Notes under the pieces: model-generated | What the model was told of the DNA's origin: nothing | The model's input: only the letters and a program-made list of their open reading frames with translations | Database searches by the model: none | Position numbers and translations under genes: made by a program | Part shown: in pieces, positions 38,500 through 48,584 of the stretch | Numbering within the stretch: the stretch's first letter is position 1 | Layout of the letters: each line of letters opens with the position of its first letter | Source: an uncultured Verrucomicrobiae bacterium | Lineage (GTDB): Bacteria; Verrucomicrobiota; Verrucomicrobiia; Chthoniobacterales; JAFAMB01 | NCBI GenBank assembly: GCA_963837955.1 | Contig: CAWIPH010000002.1 | Span: forward strand, 3,136,001-3,200,000 | Reading direction: 5' to 3' | Length of the DNA: 64,000 nt

Positions 38500-41310
38500 A
38501 TGCAAAGCTATTCCCTAATCCAACGAAATATACTGCTTGTTGTCCTTCTGCTTGCTCCGTTCTTGTATCAAACAAGTACCTATGCAGATGGAACCCCCAG
38601 GAATCTCGCCGACGGCCTGTACGAAATAGTTCAGGAGAGCCAAGCTTCCCCTGCCCTCCAGCAAAGTTTGGTTCGGAAGCCAACCGCGACGGATCGGCTA
38701 TCTAAGTTTGCTCTGAAGGATGAGCAAGGACGCTTCATGGTGGATGTCCACCTGGACGGAACCCGATCAATCGCGGCGGTGCGGGCGATGCTCCTATCGC
38801 AAAAAGATGTAACTTTTATCGCCGAAGATCATGCGTTCCAAGCGGGTACAATCGAGGCGTACATGACACCCGCAGCTGCTGCTGATCTCGCGCAAAAGCC
38901 CGGTATCGCGGCCCTTTCTTTGGTTTGGAAGCCGAGGTTAAACATTGGTGCGGTTACGACCCAGGGATTCATTCAACATCGGGTGAACGATATTGCGGGC
39001 AAGTATACCGGAGCCGGCGTCAAGGTGGGCGTGCTATCTGATAGTTATGACAGTTATGCATCCTCCGATCCCGCTCACGATGCAGCTGTCGATATTTCTA
39101 CCGGTGACTTGCCGGGCCCAGGTAACCCTTACGGAAATACGACGCCGGTTACTGTGCTTGATGACACGTTTGTGGGGGGTACCGACGAGGGAAGAGCAAT
39201 GCTGCAGATCGTGACAGATATCGCGCCCAAAGCGCAACTCGGGTTCGCTACTGCAGCTACCGGGTATATCCAATTTGCTAACAATATCCGCGCGCTAAAG
39301 GACAAATTCGGAGCCGACGTAATCTGCGATGACGTACAGTATTACGAGGAACCCATGTTCCAGGACGGCCCAATTGCCCAAGCCGTCGACTATGTAGCTT
39401 CTAAAGGAGTTGGCTATTTTTCGGCTGCAGGAAATTCGCCGGGAATCCAAGGATACGCTGCCACCTTTAATTGGGTCGATCCGACCCACCCAAAGGCCGC
39501 ATTAAAAGGCACCAACATTAACCTCACCGGTGTTGACCCGAGTCTGTATGCCGGCGGATTTCACAATTTTCGTACCGACGGCGGTCAAGATATTGCCCAG
39601 GAGCTGATGGGCGGATATTTCAGTTCCGGCGGTATGATCTTTCAGTGGAATGATCCTTATGCCTACGTGAGCTACCCTCTAGGCAAACTATTGTTGAATT
39701 CGACTGGCGACATCACCACCATCAACCAACAGGTTAGCTTTCCGTTGGACATGAAGGCAGCGAACACTTTGGTACAGATCGAACTCGGTCCAACCAAGGG
39801 TAGCGCGGTCAACGCCAATGTCGCCATTATTGACCCGAAGGGGAAGGAAATCTTTGTGGCTCAATCAAGGTATACGCCCCAAGAAGTGGCTCTACCTTTG
39901 TCCGGAACCTACACTGTCGTCGTTAGCGGAGCATTCGGCTCCCTGGGAGAATTCTACGTAAAAGTTAACAAGGTGAATGTGACTCCTTCGCCGCGCATCA
40001 GCTGCAACTATAATCTTCTCTTCTTCGACGAATATGGATCGTTCATCGCTGCAACTACGATGGATGCGATCGCGACAAAACAACCGGCCATGGCTATTGC
40101 CATCCCGGCGTATGGCAAATTCCAGCTCGTCATTGCGCGATCGAATATCCCGACTGGTCCGCATCCGGCGGATCAATTGCGATACGTGCTGGTGCAATCG
40201 ACCACCGTGCCGCTAGACTATTTCTCGTTCTCTAGCCCAACCACCTACGGCCATAGTTGCGCCAATGGGGCTAACGGGGTGGCTGCCTACAGTGCTTTTC
40301 GACCATTTGCTCCAGAACCTTATACCTCTCCGGGGCCGGCAACGATCTATTTTGACGACGAGAACAATAAGTTGAGTACGCCGGAAGTGCGACAACGGCC
40401 GAACTTCGCGGGCATGGATGGCGCCTATACGACTTTCTTTGGTAGTATGACTGGCCAGGATACCAGCACGTATCCGAACTTTTTCGGTACAAGCGCGGCG
40501 ACGCCGCACGCCGCAGCAATTGCCGCGTTAGTACTTGAAGCTCACGGCGGATCCGGTTCGGTAAGGCCGGAACAAATGCGGCAGATTTTGGAGAAAAGCA
40601 CATTCGATCATGCTCTCACCCCTTACTACGCGGAGGGTCTCGCCTATACTTCGGGCCGCACCGTTTTGATACAGGCCAATGGGGACGATAACACGGTCTC
40701 TGAAGATAATCCGGATCAGTACACCATTCAGCTTTTTGGCAAAGGATCCATTTCCTCTCTCTCCATCGATCTGCATGATGCCGATCCGACCGCCGGCAAT
40801 ATTTACAAAGCTTACCAGGGACAAGTTTTTGATCCCAGGCCCCAGAATCCGCAAAACGGAGCCGGTGGGTTTCCATTTACCGTTGGAAGTGACTCGGTGG
40901 GCATCACCAACTCGGACGTGACGGCAGCCTTTGATGAGCAAGCGCCGGCCCCCTCGGTGAAAGGGCAGTGCTATCGCGTGAAATTGAATTTCACTCCAAA
41001 TAAGTTAGTGAAAGGCGCCATTCTTCGGTTCGGTGTAGCCCGACTCGAACAACATTCTTCGTATTCGCCAACGCGCGGCGGCACGGGTGGAGGGACCACG
41101 AGCGGCGGCGGCGCGGCAGATCTTCTCGGCCAAGGCGTCCTCCTCCCAAGTGGACAGTTCGTCGGAATCGGAGCTGCATTTTCTGGAACCTTAGATGATG
41201 GAACCCCGTTCCAGGGAACCTTTACCAACAAGATTGGGCCAGGTTGGACGCCGGTTGATGGCTACGGATTCATCAACGCACAAAAGGCAGTGAGTGAACC
41301 GTTGCCCTGA
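38500..41310 (+). CDS. Secreted S8/S53-like serine peptidase with inserted beta-sandwich (PPC-like) domain
   Basis: Signal peptide; GVLSDS (Asp), TDEGRAM (Glu at the usual His position), SAAGN, FFGTSAATPH (Ser), C-terminal GYGFINA. Start uncertain (38491 or 38500). Confidence 0.85.
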   Translation: MQSYSLIQRNILLVVLLLAPFLYQTSTYADGTPRNLADGLYEIVQESQASPALQQSLVRKPTATDRLSKFALKDEQGRFMVDVHLDGTRSIAAVRAMLLSQKDVTFIAEDHAFQAGTIEAYMTPAAAADLAQKPGIAALSLVWKPRLNIGAVTTQGFIQHRVNDIAGKYTGAGVKVGVLSDSYDSYASSDPAHDAAVDISTGDLPGPGNPYGNTTPVTVLDDTFVGGTDEGRAMLQIVTDIAPKAQLGFATAATGYIQFANNIRALKDKFGADVICDDVQYYEEPMFQDGPIAQAVDYVASKGVGYFSAAGNSPGIQGYAATFNWVDPTHPKAALKGTNINLTGVDPSLYAGGFHNFRTDGGQDIAQELMGGYFSSGGMIFQWNDPYAYVSYPLGKLLLNSTGDITTINQQVSFPLDMKAANTLVQIELGPTKGSAVNANVAIIDPKGKEIFVAQSRYTPQEVALPLSGTYTVVVSGAFGSLGEFYVKVNKVNVTPSPRISCNYNLLFFDEYGSFIAATTMDAIATKQPAMAIAIPAYGKFQLVIARSNIPTGPHPADQLRYVLVQSTTVPLDYFSFSSPTTYGHSCANGANGVAAYSAFRPFAPEPYTSPGPATIYFDDENNKLSTPEVRQRPNFAGMDGAYTTFFGSMTGQDTSTYPNFFGTSAATPHAAAIAALVLEAHGGSGSVRPEQMRQILEKSTFDHALTPYYAEGLAYTSGRTVLIQANGDDNTVSEDNPDQYTIQLFGKGSISSLSIDLHDADPTAGNIYKAYQGQVFDPRPQNPQNGAGGFPFTVGSDSVGITNSDVTAAFDEQAPAPSVKGQCYRVKLNFTPNKLVKGAILRFGVARLEQHSSYSPTRGGTGGGTTSGGGAADLLGQGVLLPSGQFVGIGAAFSGTLDDGTPFQGTFTNKIGPGWTPVDGYGFINAQKAVSEPLP

Positions 41311-41362
41311 TTTAGCTCGTTGGTGACGCCTGATTTGAGAGTCAATCCGCTACCGAATTGAA

Positions 41363-41399
41363 GGCCGAACGCCGGTATTATTCTAACTGGCGTTTGGCC
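41363..41399. terminator. GC-rich hairpin between convergent genes
   Basis: GGCCGAACGCCGGT...ACTGGCGTTTGGCC. Confidence 0.5.
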
Positions 41400-41502
41400 C
41401 GACCTCTTTCCTGGCCGAACGGCTTGATCAGAACAAGGCAGATTTCACAACGATTTCTCAATGCGTATCTCTCCCCGGTTGCAGTACAGGCGGAAACGTT
41501 GC

Positions 41503-41766
41503 TTAAGCTGTCGATGCGCCCGTGAGCTTCAGAAAATAAGCGGATGCGTCATCTAGCTTTTCAAAAACAGAAATTTGCTCTGCATTGACCGGCCAGACGA
41601 ATCGCTCGAATCCATGGAAGTCGATTGCGTCTGCGGTTACCACTAGATACCTCGTAGAGAGGTCGTTAAGCCGAAGCAAGAAAACCGGTTCAGACTGCCG
41701 CTTCACTGAATAGACCTTGCCGTCTACGACTGTCGTACGCCGGGACATTTCTACACGCTCTGCCAT
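41503..41766 (-). CDS. Hypothetical protein (87 aa)
   Basis: ATG start, globular composition, fills an otherwise empty gap; no family recognised. Confidence 0.5.
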   Translation of the reverse strand: MAERVEMSRRTTVVDGKVYSVKRQSEPVFLLRLNDLSTRYLVVTADAIDFHGFERFVWPVNAEQISVFEKLDDASAYFLKLTGASTA

Positions 41767-42205
41767 TGCAATACTGTCGCTCGGTTTAGGAAAAGATCAC
41801 CTAAATCGTTCAGCAAGCCGCAAAGGGAGGTCAGGCGGAATTTTCAAGAGCTAGAGTCCCGTGCCCCTGGACTTGTGAATGACGCGAATGCCCGCGTCCG
41901 AGCAGGTCCTCTGACGCCGCAGCCAAACCAATTGCAGTGAACGCCCGTTTGCGCCAATTTCCTCCATGGGATTACGCGTTCGCAGACGACCCCAACTATT
42001 CTATGCCGAATATTCGTCCGGACGGCCCTCCGGTTGCGGATGCTGCGGCTGTCTGATGACACCATTCCTCGCTTTATTGCTGGTCACACTACTCCTGGTA
42101 GAACGACTCATCAGGAGGCTCTTAGCCCGTCCTTAGGCAATCCCGATCAGAGCGACCATACCGCCAGCACAGCGAAGGAAAATCCATTCGCGGCACTCCG
42201 AGGAG

Positions 42206-43030
42206 TCAGACCGAAACCAATTCCTGCGAAAGCGCCGCCAATCGTTGCTGCATCTGTTTGTCGTAGGCCTGAGCGCTGGCTTTCGCTACGCTAAGCCCAT
42301 CGAAATATTCTCCGGTCACATTCTCGAGTGCCGGATCGGTTACCAGTCTCAGTGTTGCATTCAATCCCTCTTCCACCGAGCTCATCACCTCCCAGCCGGC
42401 TTCAAGGACCATTTTCGTGGGCATCAGAGAGGCGGGATGAAGCGCATTGACAGTCACTCCCGTACCCGCCAAGCGCCTGGCCAGATCAAATGTCCAGGCG
42501 ATCATCGCGAGTTTGCTTTGCCGGTAAGCCGTAACGCCGGAGTACCCGCGCGTCAGCATGATATTATCGAAATCTAAGGGCGCTTGGCCGACCGAAGCGA
42601 CGTTTACGATCCGAGCAGGAATTGATGTTTTGAGCAACGGAAGCAATCGCTCCGTCAGGAGATAGGGAGCGAGGTAGTTTACCGCAAAACGAAGTTCATA
42701 TCCATCTTGGCTAAGTTCGCGTTTGGAAGCGTCTTTGCCGAAGCCAACTCCTGCATTATTCACGAGCACATCGAGCCGGGTAACACTAGAGATGACTTGC
42801 TTTGCCAATTCCCGAACTTCTGCGAGCGAAGAAAGATCTGCGCGGCAAAACTGAATTCTGTCGTTGCCCGTTGCCTCTTTCAGCTTGCGCACGGTTTCCA
42901 GGCCGCGTTCCGTGTCGCGCCCGTGCAGCAAAAGGGTTGCGCCTTGGTCCGCCAAAGCCTGAGCGAGCTCCCGGCCCAACCCGCCGATTGCGCCAGTAAT
43001 CAGTATCGTTTGTTTTTCGATCGGTCTCAT
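42206..43030 (-). CDS. SDR oxidoreductase (retinol dehydrogenase-like)
   Basis: TGAIGGLG, NNAG, YRQSK and ALHP motifs. Confidence 0.93.
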   Translation of the reverse strand: MRPIEKQTILITGAIGGLGRELAQALADQGATLLLHGRDTERGLETVRKLKEATGNDRIQFCRADLSSLAEVRELAKQVISSVTRLDVLVNNAGVGFGKDASKRELSQDGYELRFAVNYLAPYLLTERLLPLLKTSIPARIVNVASVGQAPLDFDNIMLTRGYSGVTAYRQSKLAMIAWTFDLARRLAGTGVTVNALHPASLMPTKMVLEAGWEVMSSVEEGLNATLRLVTDPALENVTGEYFDGLSVAKASAQAYDKQMQQRLAALSQELVSV

Positions 43031-43228
43031 CCTTGTGTCTTAGACTTTTCGGAAGCTATTGGGCGGTTTCATATAGTGGTACTATACGCAAGTACGACTG
43101 TGTTTAGATACAGCCTGCTAAATCATTGAAACTATCACGACAAGAATGGAAGCGGACTGGCGCGGGGCCGGCTCCCTGCCGTGGGAATGAACTTGATTAA
43201 TCGGCGACTAAACTGAATTCTGCTCCGC

Positions 43229-44767
43229 ATGGAGTGTTCGCATGACGTCGTAGTCATCGGCGGTGCCATTGCCGGGGCGTCCACTGCATTCTTGCTCAAA
43301 CGCAAGGATCCAGCGCTGCGTATACTGATTATCGAAAAGGCGGAAGAATTCGACCGCAAAGTGGGGGAATCAACGAGCGAAGTGGGCGCTTGTTTCCTCA
43401 TGCGGGTGCTGAATCTCAGTAATCATCTGGGGCATGAGCAGATTACGAAGTCCGGGCTGCGAATGTGGTTCTATCGCGATAGTAATGATTGCTACACGCG
43501 TTGTGCCGAACTCGGTCCAAAACATCAGACCCGCCTGCCGGCGTTTCAGCTCGATCGCGCGACGCTCGATGAAGCCGTTCTGCAGAAAGCGGTGAAGGCG
43601 GGATGCGAACTATGGCGTCCGGCCAAAGTGCAGGATTTGGAATTGGGTGGAGAAGGAAAAAATCAAATCAGCGTTCGAATAGGCGAAGAAATTCGCACTG
43701 TGACTGCACGCTGGGTGATTGATGGGAGCGGTTGGACGGCAGTGATCGCACGCAAGCTAAAGCTCTATCGTCCGTTGGAAACGCATCCGATCAATGCCGT
43801 ATGGGCGCGATTCCGCAACACAACCGATCTCGACGGACCTGAGATCTGGGAAAGCGCTCCTCATTTTACCGAACCGTGCTGGGCGATGCGACAATGGGCG
43901 ACCAACCATCTGATGGGAAACGGCTGGTGGGGTTGGCTGATTCCTTTGAAGGGTGGTGACTGCAGTGTCGGCCTGGTTTACGACAGCCGGATTTTTCAAT
44001 TGCCTCCCGGAGCAAATCTAGGTGCGAGGCTGAAGGAACATCTGATGACTCATCCCCTAGGGAAAAAGGCGCTTTGCGATGCCGAATATATCGAGAAGGA
44101 TGTCCACGCCCGTTCCAATCTCGCGTACTATAGCGAGCAATCCATTGGCGATGGATGGGCCTTAGTTGGGGACGCTTCCGGCTTTCTGGATCCCCTTTAC
44201 AGCCAGGGATTCGATTTTATTTCGTATACCTGCTGCGGCGTGTTTGAAATCCTTTCGGACGCTCTGGCTGGCAAAGATATTACGAAAGCCAGAGATCGCT
44301 ATAACTGCCTTTTTCAGAAGCAATTTCATACTTGGTTTGAAAGCATTTATAAGGACAAATATTATTATCTCGGTGACGTGGAATTGATGATCGTTGCTTT
44401 TTATCTGGATATCGGAGCCTATTTTATTGGCCCGGTGAGACAGGCGTACAGCAACGATCCTCGTCGCTACTCGGAGCTCCCGTATGGCGGCCCGGTTGGA
44501 CAGATATTTGGCCGATTTATGCGACTTTATAATCGGCGCTTGGCGGCGATCGCTAAGCGAAGAATCACGGCCGGGACCTACGGCCTTAAGAACTTGGACA
44601 CCCGGCTGTTCCTGCCCGGATTCAGCCCCGGTCCCGGATCCTTGAGGTTTATGTTACGCGGCGTTCGGAAATGGCTGGTCTTAGAGTGCAAAAACCTTTT
44701 CCTCCGAGTGCCATCCAATGCTCCGCCACCGGTTGTCGAACAGGCAGAACCCGCTCTCCGTCAATAG
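43229..44767 (+). CDS. Flavin-dependent halogenase-like FAD oxidoreductase
   Basis: GGAIAG, KVGES, TKSG, WWGWLIP (WxWxIP) and GDASGFLDPLYSQG motifs. Confidence 0.8.
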   Translation: MECSHDVVVIGGAIAGASTAFLLKRKDPALRILIIEKAEEFDRKVGESTSEVGACFLMRVLNLSNHLGHEQITKSGLRMWFYRDSNDCYTRCAELGPKHQTRLPAFQLDRATLDEAVLQKAVKAGCELWRPAKVQDLELGGEGKNQISVRIGEEIRTVTARWVIDGSGWTAVIARKLKLYRPLETHPINAVWARFRNTTDLDGPEIWESAPHFTEPCWAMRQWATNHLMGNGWWGWLIPLKGGDCSVGLVYDSRIFQLPPGANLGARLKEHLMTHPLGKKALCDAEYIEKDVHARSNLAYYSEQSIGDGWALVGDASGFLDPLYSQGFDFISYTCCGVFEILSDALAGKDITKARDRYNCLFQKQFHTWFESIYKDKYYYLGDVELMIVAFYLDIGAYFIGPVRQAYSNDPRRYSELPYGGPVGQIFGRFMRLYNRRLAAIAKRRITAGTYGLKNLDTRLFLPGFSPGPGSLRFMLRGVRKWLVLECKNLFLRVPSNAPPPVVEQAEPALRQ

Positions 44768-44938
44768 AGGATTCTGGCTCAATCGGACGGCGCGTAGCTG
44801 CGTCAACGCAAGGGTCGCAATCAGGCTCGCACAGGTTGCGCCACGGGTTGAAGAAATCGATCCCGCAGGGATCCAATGAAAGTACCCCAGCAATTCATTG
44901 CTGGGGTTAGATTAAAAAGTTGCGCCCGTCCCGAAGGG

Positions 44939-46404
44939 GCTTGTCGGACTTTTCAATTGGGTAGCAGATCTGGTAAAAAGGTGGATGCCAGAGCGATATG
45001 TAGTCATTGATCGGCAGACGCCGATGTTGTTGCCGGTCGATTTGCGAGATTGGGTGGCAAAGGATGATTTGGCGCGCTTGATAGCGGAGGCGGTCGATCA
45101 ATGCGATCTACGGCTAGCTTGTACCAATGAGCGGGGTAGCGGTAGTGCGCAGTATCCGCCTGGAATGATGTTGGGCTTACTGATTTACGCTTATGCGCGA
45201 GGAGTATTTTCTTCCCGGCGCATCGAACAACTCAGTTACGAAAGCCTTTCGGTGCGTTACTTGTGTGGCAACACCCATCCGGATCACGATACCATCGCGA
45301 AGTTTCGGCGAGAGAACGGAGCGTTATTTCGAGAGTGTTTCCGTAGCGTGTTATTGTTGGCGCGGGAATTAGGATTGGTTCGAGTGGGCAAGCTAGCAGT
45401 GGATGGAACGCGACTGGAAGCCAACGCCAATCGCCATCGCTTCAGCACGCGGGAGCAATTAGAGCAAGAAAGGGCTCGAGTCGAAGAGCTCATTAGCGAG
45501 CTGATCCAACGAGGGGAAGCGGCTGATCAAGCTGAAGAGGGCGAAGCAGAGACTGAAGGCTTGCCAGCGGAGTTAGCCGATGGGCAAAAGCGCCGTAAGG
45601 CCATCAAAGAAGCTCTAGAGCGCATCAAGCAACGAGAAGCCCAGCAGCAAGCCGAAAAAGAGCAATTAGCCCAGAGCGGTCGTCAGAGCCAGGCCAAGGA
45701 GGTACGGATGAATTTGACCGATCCAGACTGTGGGATCTTACACCGTAAAGGGGCAGGTACAGTCATTGGCTATAACGCCCAAATTGGAGTCGATATCCAA
45801 GGTGCAGGCCTGATTGTGACTAATGCCGTCAGTGCCAAAGGGGGCGACGCGGAGTTATTGAACCAAGTCCTTGAGCAGCTCGCTCCCGAGTTAGGAGCAG
45901 TAAAGGAAGTGGTCGTCGATTGTGGCTATGAGAGCGGACCCAAAGCCTATGAGCTGGAAAAGAGCCTTGGCACCAAAGTCTATTATCCTCCCCGTCCGAT
46001 CCAAGTCAGTGCTAGTGGACCAAAACATCGCAACAGCCATAGGCAACGCTTGGCGCGACACATGCGTTATTTAATCAAAAAACGCATCGAGTCCCCCCAC
46101 GGACAGTGGTTGCAACGTCGGCGCCAAACGGTAGCTGAGGGTGCTTTTGGTTTTATCAAACGCGCGTTGGGCTTTCAGCGCTTCAGTCTACGCGGCTTGC
46201 AAAAAGTTCAGACCGAATGGCAACTAGTCTGCTTGGCCTTTAACCTGCGCAAACTGGCCTAAAGAAAACAAAAAGGCTCTGCACCTACCCGCAGCTCCCT
46301 TCGCGGAAAATTACGGCTTACCTCAAAGCTGATCGCAATCCTCCCCTTTACCGTCTCCCTTCCGCCAAAAAAAAGCGGAAAAAACATCACGAAGTCCGAC
46401 GGCC
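44939..46404 (+). mobile_element. IS1182-family insertion sequence (1466 bp)
   Basis: Ends GCTTGTCGGACTT and AAGTCCGACGGCC (10/13 inverted match); 9-bp direct repeat CCCGAAGGG at 44930-44938 and 46405-46413. Confidence 0.9.
44985..46262 (+). CDS. IS1182-family DDE transposase
   Basis: SSRRIE, PDHDTIAKFRR, AVDGT, TDPD, GYNAQ, DCGY and EGAFGFIK...FSLRGL.KV..EW motifs. Confidence 0.93.
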   Translation: MPERYVVIDRQTPMLLPVDLRDWVAKDDLARLIAEAVDQCDLRLACTNERGSGSAQYPPGMMLGLLIYAYARGVFSSRRIEQLSYESLSVRYLCGNTHPDHDTIAKFRRENGALFRECFRSVLLLARELGLVRVGKLAVDGTRLEANANRHRFSTREQLEQERARVEELISELIQRGEAADQAEEGEAETEGLPAELADGQKRRKAIKEALERIKQREAQQQAEKEQLAQSGRQSQAKEVRMNLTDPDCGILHRKGAGTVIGYNAQIGVDIQGAGLIVTNAVSAKGGDAELLNQVLEQLAPELGAVKEVVVDCGYESGPKAYELEKSLGTKVYYPPRPIQVSASGPKHRNSHRQRLARHMRYLIKKRIESPHGQWLQRRRQTVAEGAFGFIKRALGFQRFSLRGLQKVQTEWQLVCLAFNLRKLA

Positions 46405-46686
46405 CCCGAAGGGACGATCGAAACGTTCAGTTATTGGCCTCCCATTGTGACTTTAGCGCAAGCGGTGATCGATCGTCCCTTGCGGGACGGACACGTTTTC
46501 ATAAACTTACCCAGCAATAAATTGCTGGGCTACTTTCATTGGGTCCCTGCGGGACGGCTCCTCTCGGCGTACATGCCTGTCCTTCCGTTGATGACCGCGC
46601 TCTTCCAACGCGCACTCGACGAGGTCGAACGACGCGTTCGCGCCATTTTCACTCGTCGAGCTCCGTGTAGACAACGCGCGATTAAT

Positions 46687-47079
46687 CTATTTCGTCGCGT
46701 AAGCAATTATCGCAATGGCGGCGCCCTGCGGGTCCTGAAGCACGGCGAATCGGCCCACTTCGGGAATATCGCGCGGCGGCGCCATAACTTTCCCGCCGAG
46801 CTTCTCTGCCTGCTTCGCCGTGGTATCGACATTGTCCACGGTCACATAGCTTATCCAGGCCGGCGGCATGCCCTTCGCCGTTGGTGGTATCGGCATGATA
46901 CCGCCCTGACCAGTTTCGCTGCCGCTTGGTCTCACCACCGTGTAAGTGAACTCAGGCATCGGCCACTCCTGACTAGTCCACCCGAACAGCTGCGTATAAA
47001 ACTTCGTTGCTCCGGCCGGATCGGTCGTCGCCAGTTCGTTCCAACTGAACTGACCATGTTTGGTTTCTGAGGGTTCCAT
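46687..47079 (-). CDS. VOC/glyoxalase family protein
   Basis: GQFSWNELAT...FYTQLFGW...WISYVTVD...GRFAVLQDPQGA. Confidence 0.92.
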   Translation of the reverse strand: MEPSETKHGQFSWNELATTDPAGATKFYTQLFGWTSQEWPMPEFTYTVVRPSGSETGQGGIMPIPPTAKGMPPAWISYVTVDNVDTTAKQAEKLGGKVMAPPRDIPEVGRFAVLQDPQGAAIAIIAYATK

Positions 47080-47128
47080 GTGTTTTGGTCTTTTTTTTTG
47101 GGGTCTGCTTTGTTGTTTAACAGGAAAA

Positions 47129-47581
47129 TCAGCTCACGAGATATTTTTCCAGTTTGTCCAAGGCACCGATCCAACCATGCGCGTGGGCGTCACGCGACTC
47201 GGCGCTTGGCAGTTGCTCGTGCGTGAGGTGAATCGTAGTTAAGCCACCGACTTCGACAAATTCGACTGTCACCAAACTCGATCCGACTTCAAATTCCGGA
47301 TTACCCTCCCACTGCCAGGTGTAAACTAATTTCGAAGGCGGTATTACTTCCCGGTATTGCCCGCGTACTCTCACCTCACCCAGCGTTGGAGTTGATGTGT
47401 AAAAGCAATACTCGCCACCAACACGCAAATCCACCTGGGCATCCAGGACGCGGCCGGCCTCGGGCCCGAACCACATTTTAATCTCCTCCGGGCTAGTCCA
47501 AGCAGCAAACACGCGTTCGCGTGGTGCTGCGATCACGCGGCTTATTTGCAGGACCGGTTTTTCTTCAGCCGCCTCACTCAT
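47129..47581 (-). CDS. SRPBCC/AHSA1 (START-like) domain protein, copy 2
   Basis: RVIAAPRERVFAAWT...DLRVGG...HGW...LDKL. Confidence 0.92.
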   Translation of the reverse strand: MSEAAEEKPVLQISRVIAAPRERVFAAWTSPEEIKMWFGPEAGRVLDAQVDLRVGGEYCFYTSTPTLGEVRVRGQYREVIPPSKLVYTWQWEGNPEFEVGSSLVTVEFVEVGGLTTIHLTHEQLPSAESRDAHAHGWIGALDKLEKYLVS

Positions 47582-47658
47582 GCTCTGTCTTTCCTTTTCT
47601 CTTCGCTGGGTCAGTGTCGACGATGATCCCCGTTTCGTTTATTGGTTAACGGAGAAAC

Positions 47659-48114
47659 TCAGCTGGCCAGATACTTTTCCAGCTTGTCAAGAGTTCCGCT
47701 CCAGCCCTGACCATGATCGTCCCGCGCTTCGGCGTTGGGCAGCTGTTCGTGAGTGAGTCGAATCTCGGTTGAGCCGCCGACCTCGGAAAATTCGACACTG
47801 ACGATGCTGGATTCGAGTTCCAGTTCCGAGTTGCCTTCCCAGGACCAGGTATAAATCAACTTCGACGGCGGTGTGACCTCCCGATATTGTCCGCGTAACC
47901 TCAACTCACCCATTTTCTTGTCCGACAGATGAAAACAATACTCGCCGCCAACCCGTAGATCGACCCGCGCATCCAGAACGCGACACGTTTCAGGTCCGAA
48001 CCAGATTTTGATTGCTTCCGGCGTGGTCCAAGCAGCAAAAACGCGTTCACACGGAGCTGCAATCACGCGGTTCATTTGCAGAACCGGCTTTTCTTCAACC
48101 GCCTTGTCCATCAT
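47659..48114 (-). CDS. SRPBCC/AHSA1 (START-like) domain protein, copy 1
   Basis: Close paralog of the adjacent gene; overlaps the arsR stop. Confidence 0.92.
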   Translation of the reverse strand: MMDKAVEEKPVLQMNRVIAAPCERVFAAWTTPEAIKIWFGPETCRVLDARVDLRVGGEYCFHLSDKKMGELRLRGQYREVTPPSKLIYTWSWEGNSELELESSIVSVEFSEVGGSTEIRLTHEQLPNAEARDDHGQGWSGTLDKLEKYLAS

Positions 48115-48461
48115 CTGCCTTTCTTTTGTCGTTGTTGTTTTTCCAGATAATCTGCCAAGGCATCAAACTGCCCCTCCCAAAATCCCCGATAACGCTCGAT
48201 CCAGTTGGCCACGTCACGCATCGGCTTCGCCTCGAGTCGCAGGCGATGCACGCGTCCATCACGCTCTCGGGTAATCAGGCCAGCTTTCTCGAGGACACGC
48301 AGATGCTTGGAAACCGCCGGCAGCGAAATAGAGAAAGGCTTGGCTAGGTCCGTCACGCAGAGTTCCGCGTGAGCCAGCAGATCGAGGATGCGGCGACGGG
48401 TTGGATCGGACAAAGCGGCGAAGATTACATCCAGAGAGGCTGCCTCGAGATATTTAACCAT
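48111..48461 (-). CDS. ArsR/SmtB family transcriptional regulator
   Basis: FAALSDPTRRRIL...SLPAVSKHLRVLEKAGLI; probable start MVKY at 48461 (ORF track gives 48473). Confidence 0.93.
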   Translation of the reverse strand: MVKYLEAASLDVIFAALSDPTRRRILDLLAHAELCVTDLAKPFSISLPAVSKHLRVLEKAGLITRERDGRVHRLRLEAKPMRDVANWIERYRGFWEGQFDALADYLEKQQRQKKGR

Positions 48462-48473
48462 GCGGTTTAGCAT
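48450..48473. promoter_or_regulatory. Imperfect palindrome over the arsR start, candidate autoregulatory operator
   Basis: ATATTTAACC-ATGC-GGTTTAGCAT (AACC-N4-GGTT core). Confidence 0.55.
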
Positions 48474-48584
48474 TCGGCTCGCCGACCCGTTCCTGCAAGC
48501 AAAATCTTTTAAGAGCTCGATAGACGCGAATATGGGTCCAATGAGTCACATGGGACCTATGCGACCTATGGGGCTTTCGAATAG

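Larger units (their letters stand above)
44858..46557. repeat. REPIN-like element of the 26293 family, interrupted by IS1182
   Basis: AATGAAAGTACCCCAGCAATTCATTGCTGGG on the left and CCCAGCAATAAATTGCTGGGCTACTTTCATT on the right; spacer 16-mer 46427-46442 is the reverse complement of 26481-26496. Confidence 0.85.

Noticed and set aside
37151..44000. Integrated genomic island or prophage at tRNA-Tyr
   Set aside because: No integrase or phage genes, and I saw no duplicate of the tRNA 3' end in the window.
46447..47070. 207-aa plus-strand ORF
   Set aside because: Reads through a REP arm and runs antisense to the VOC gene.
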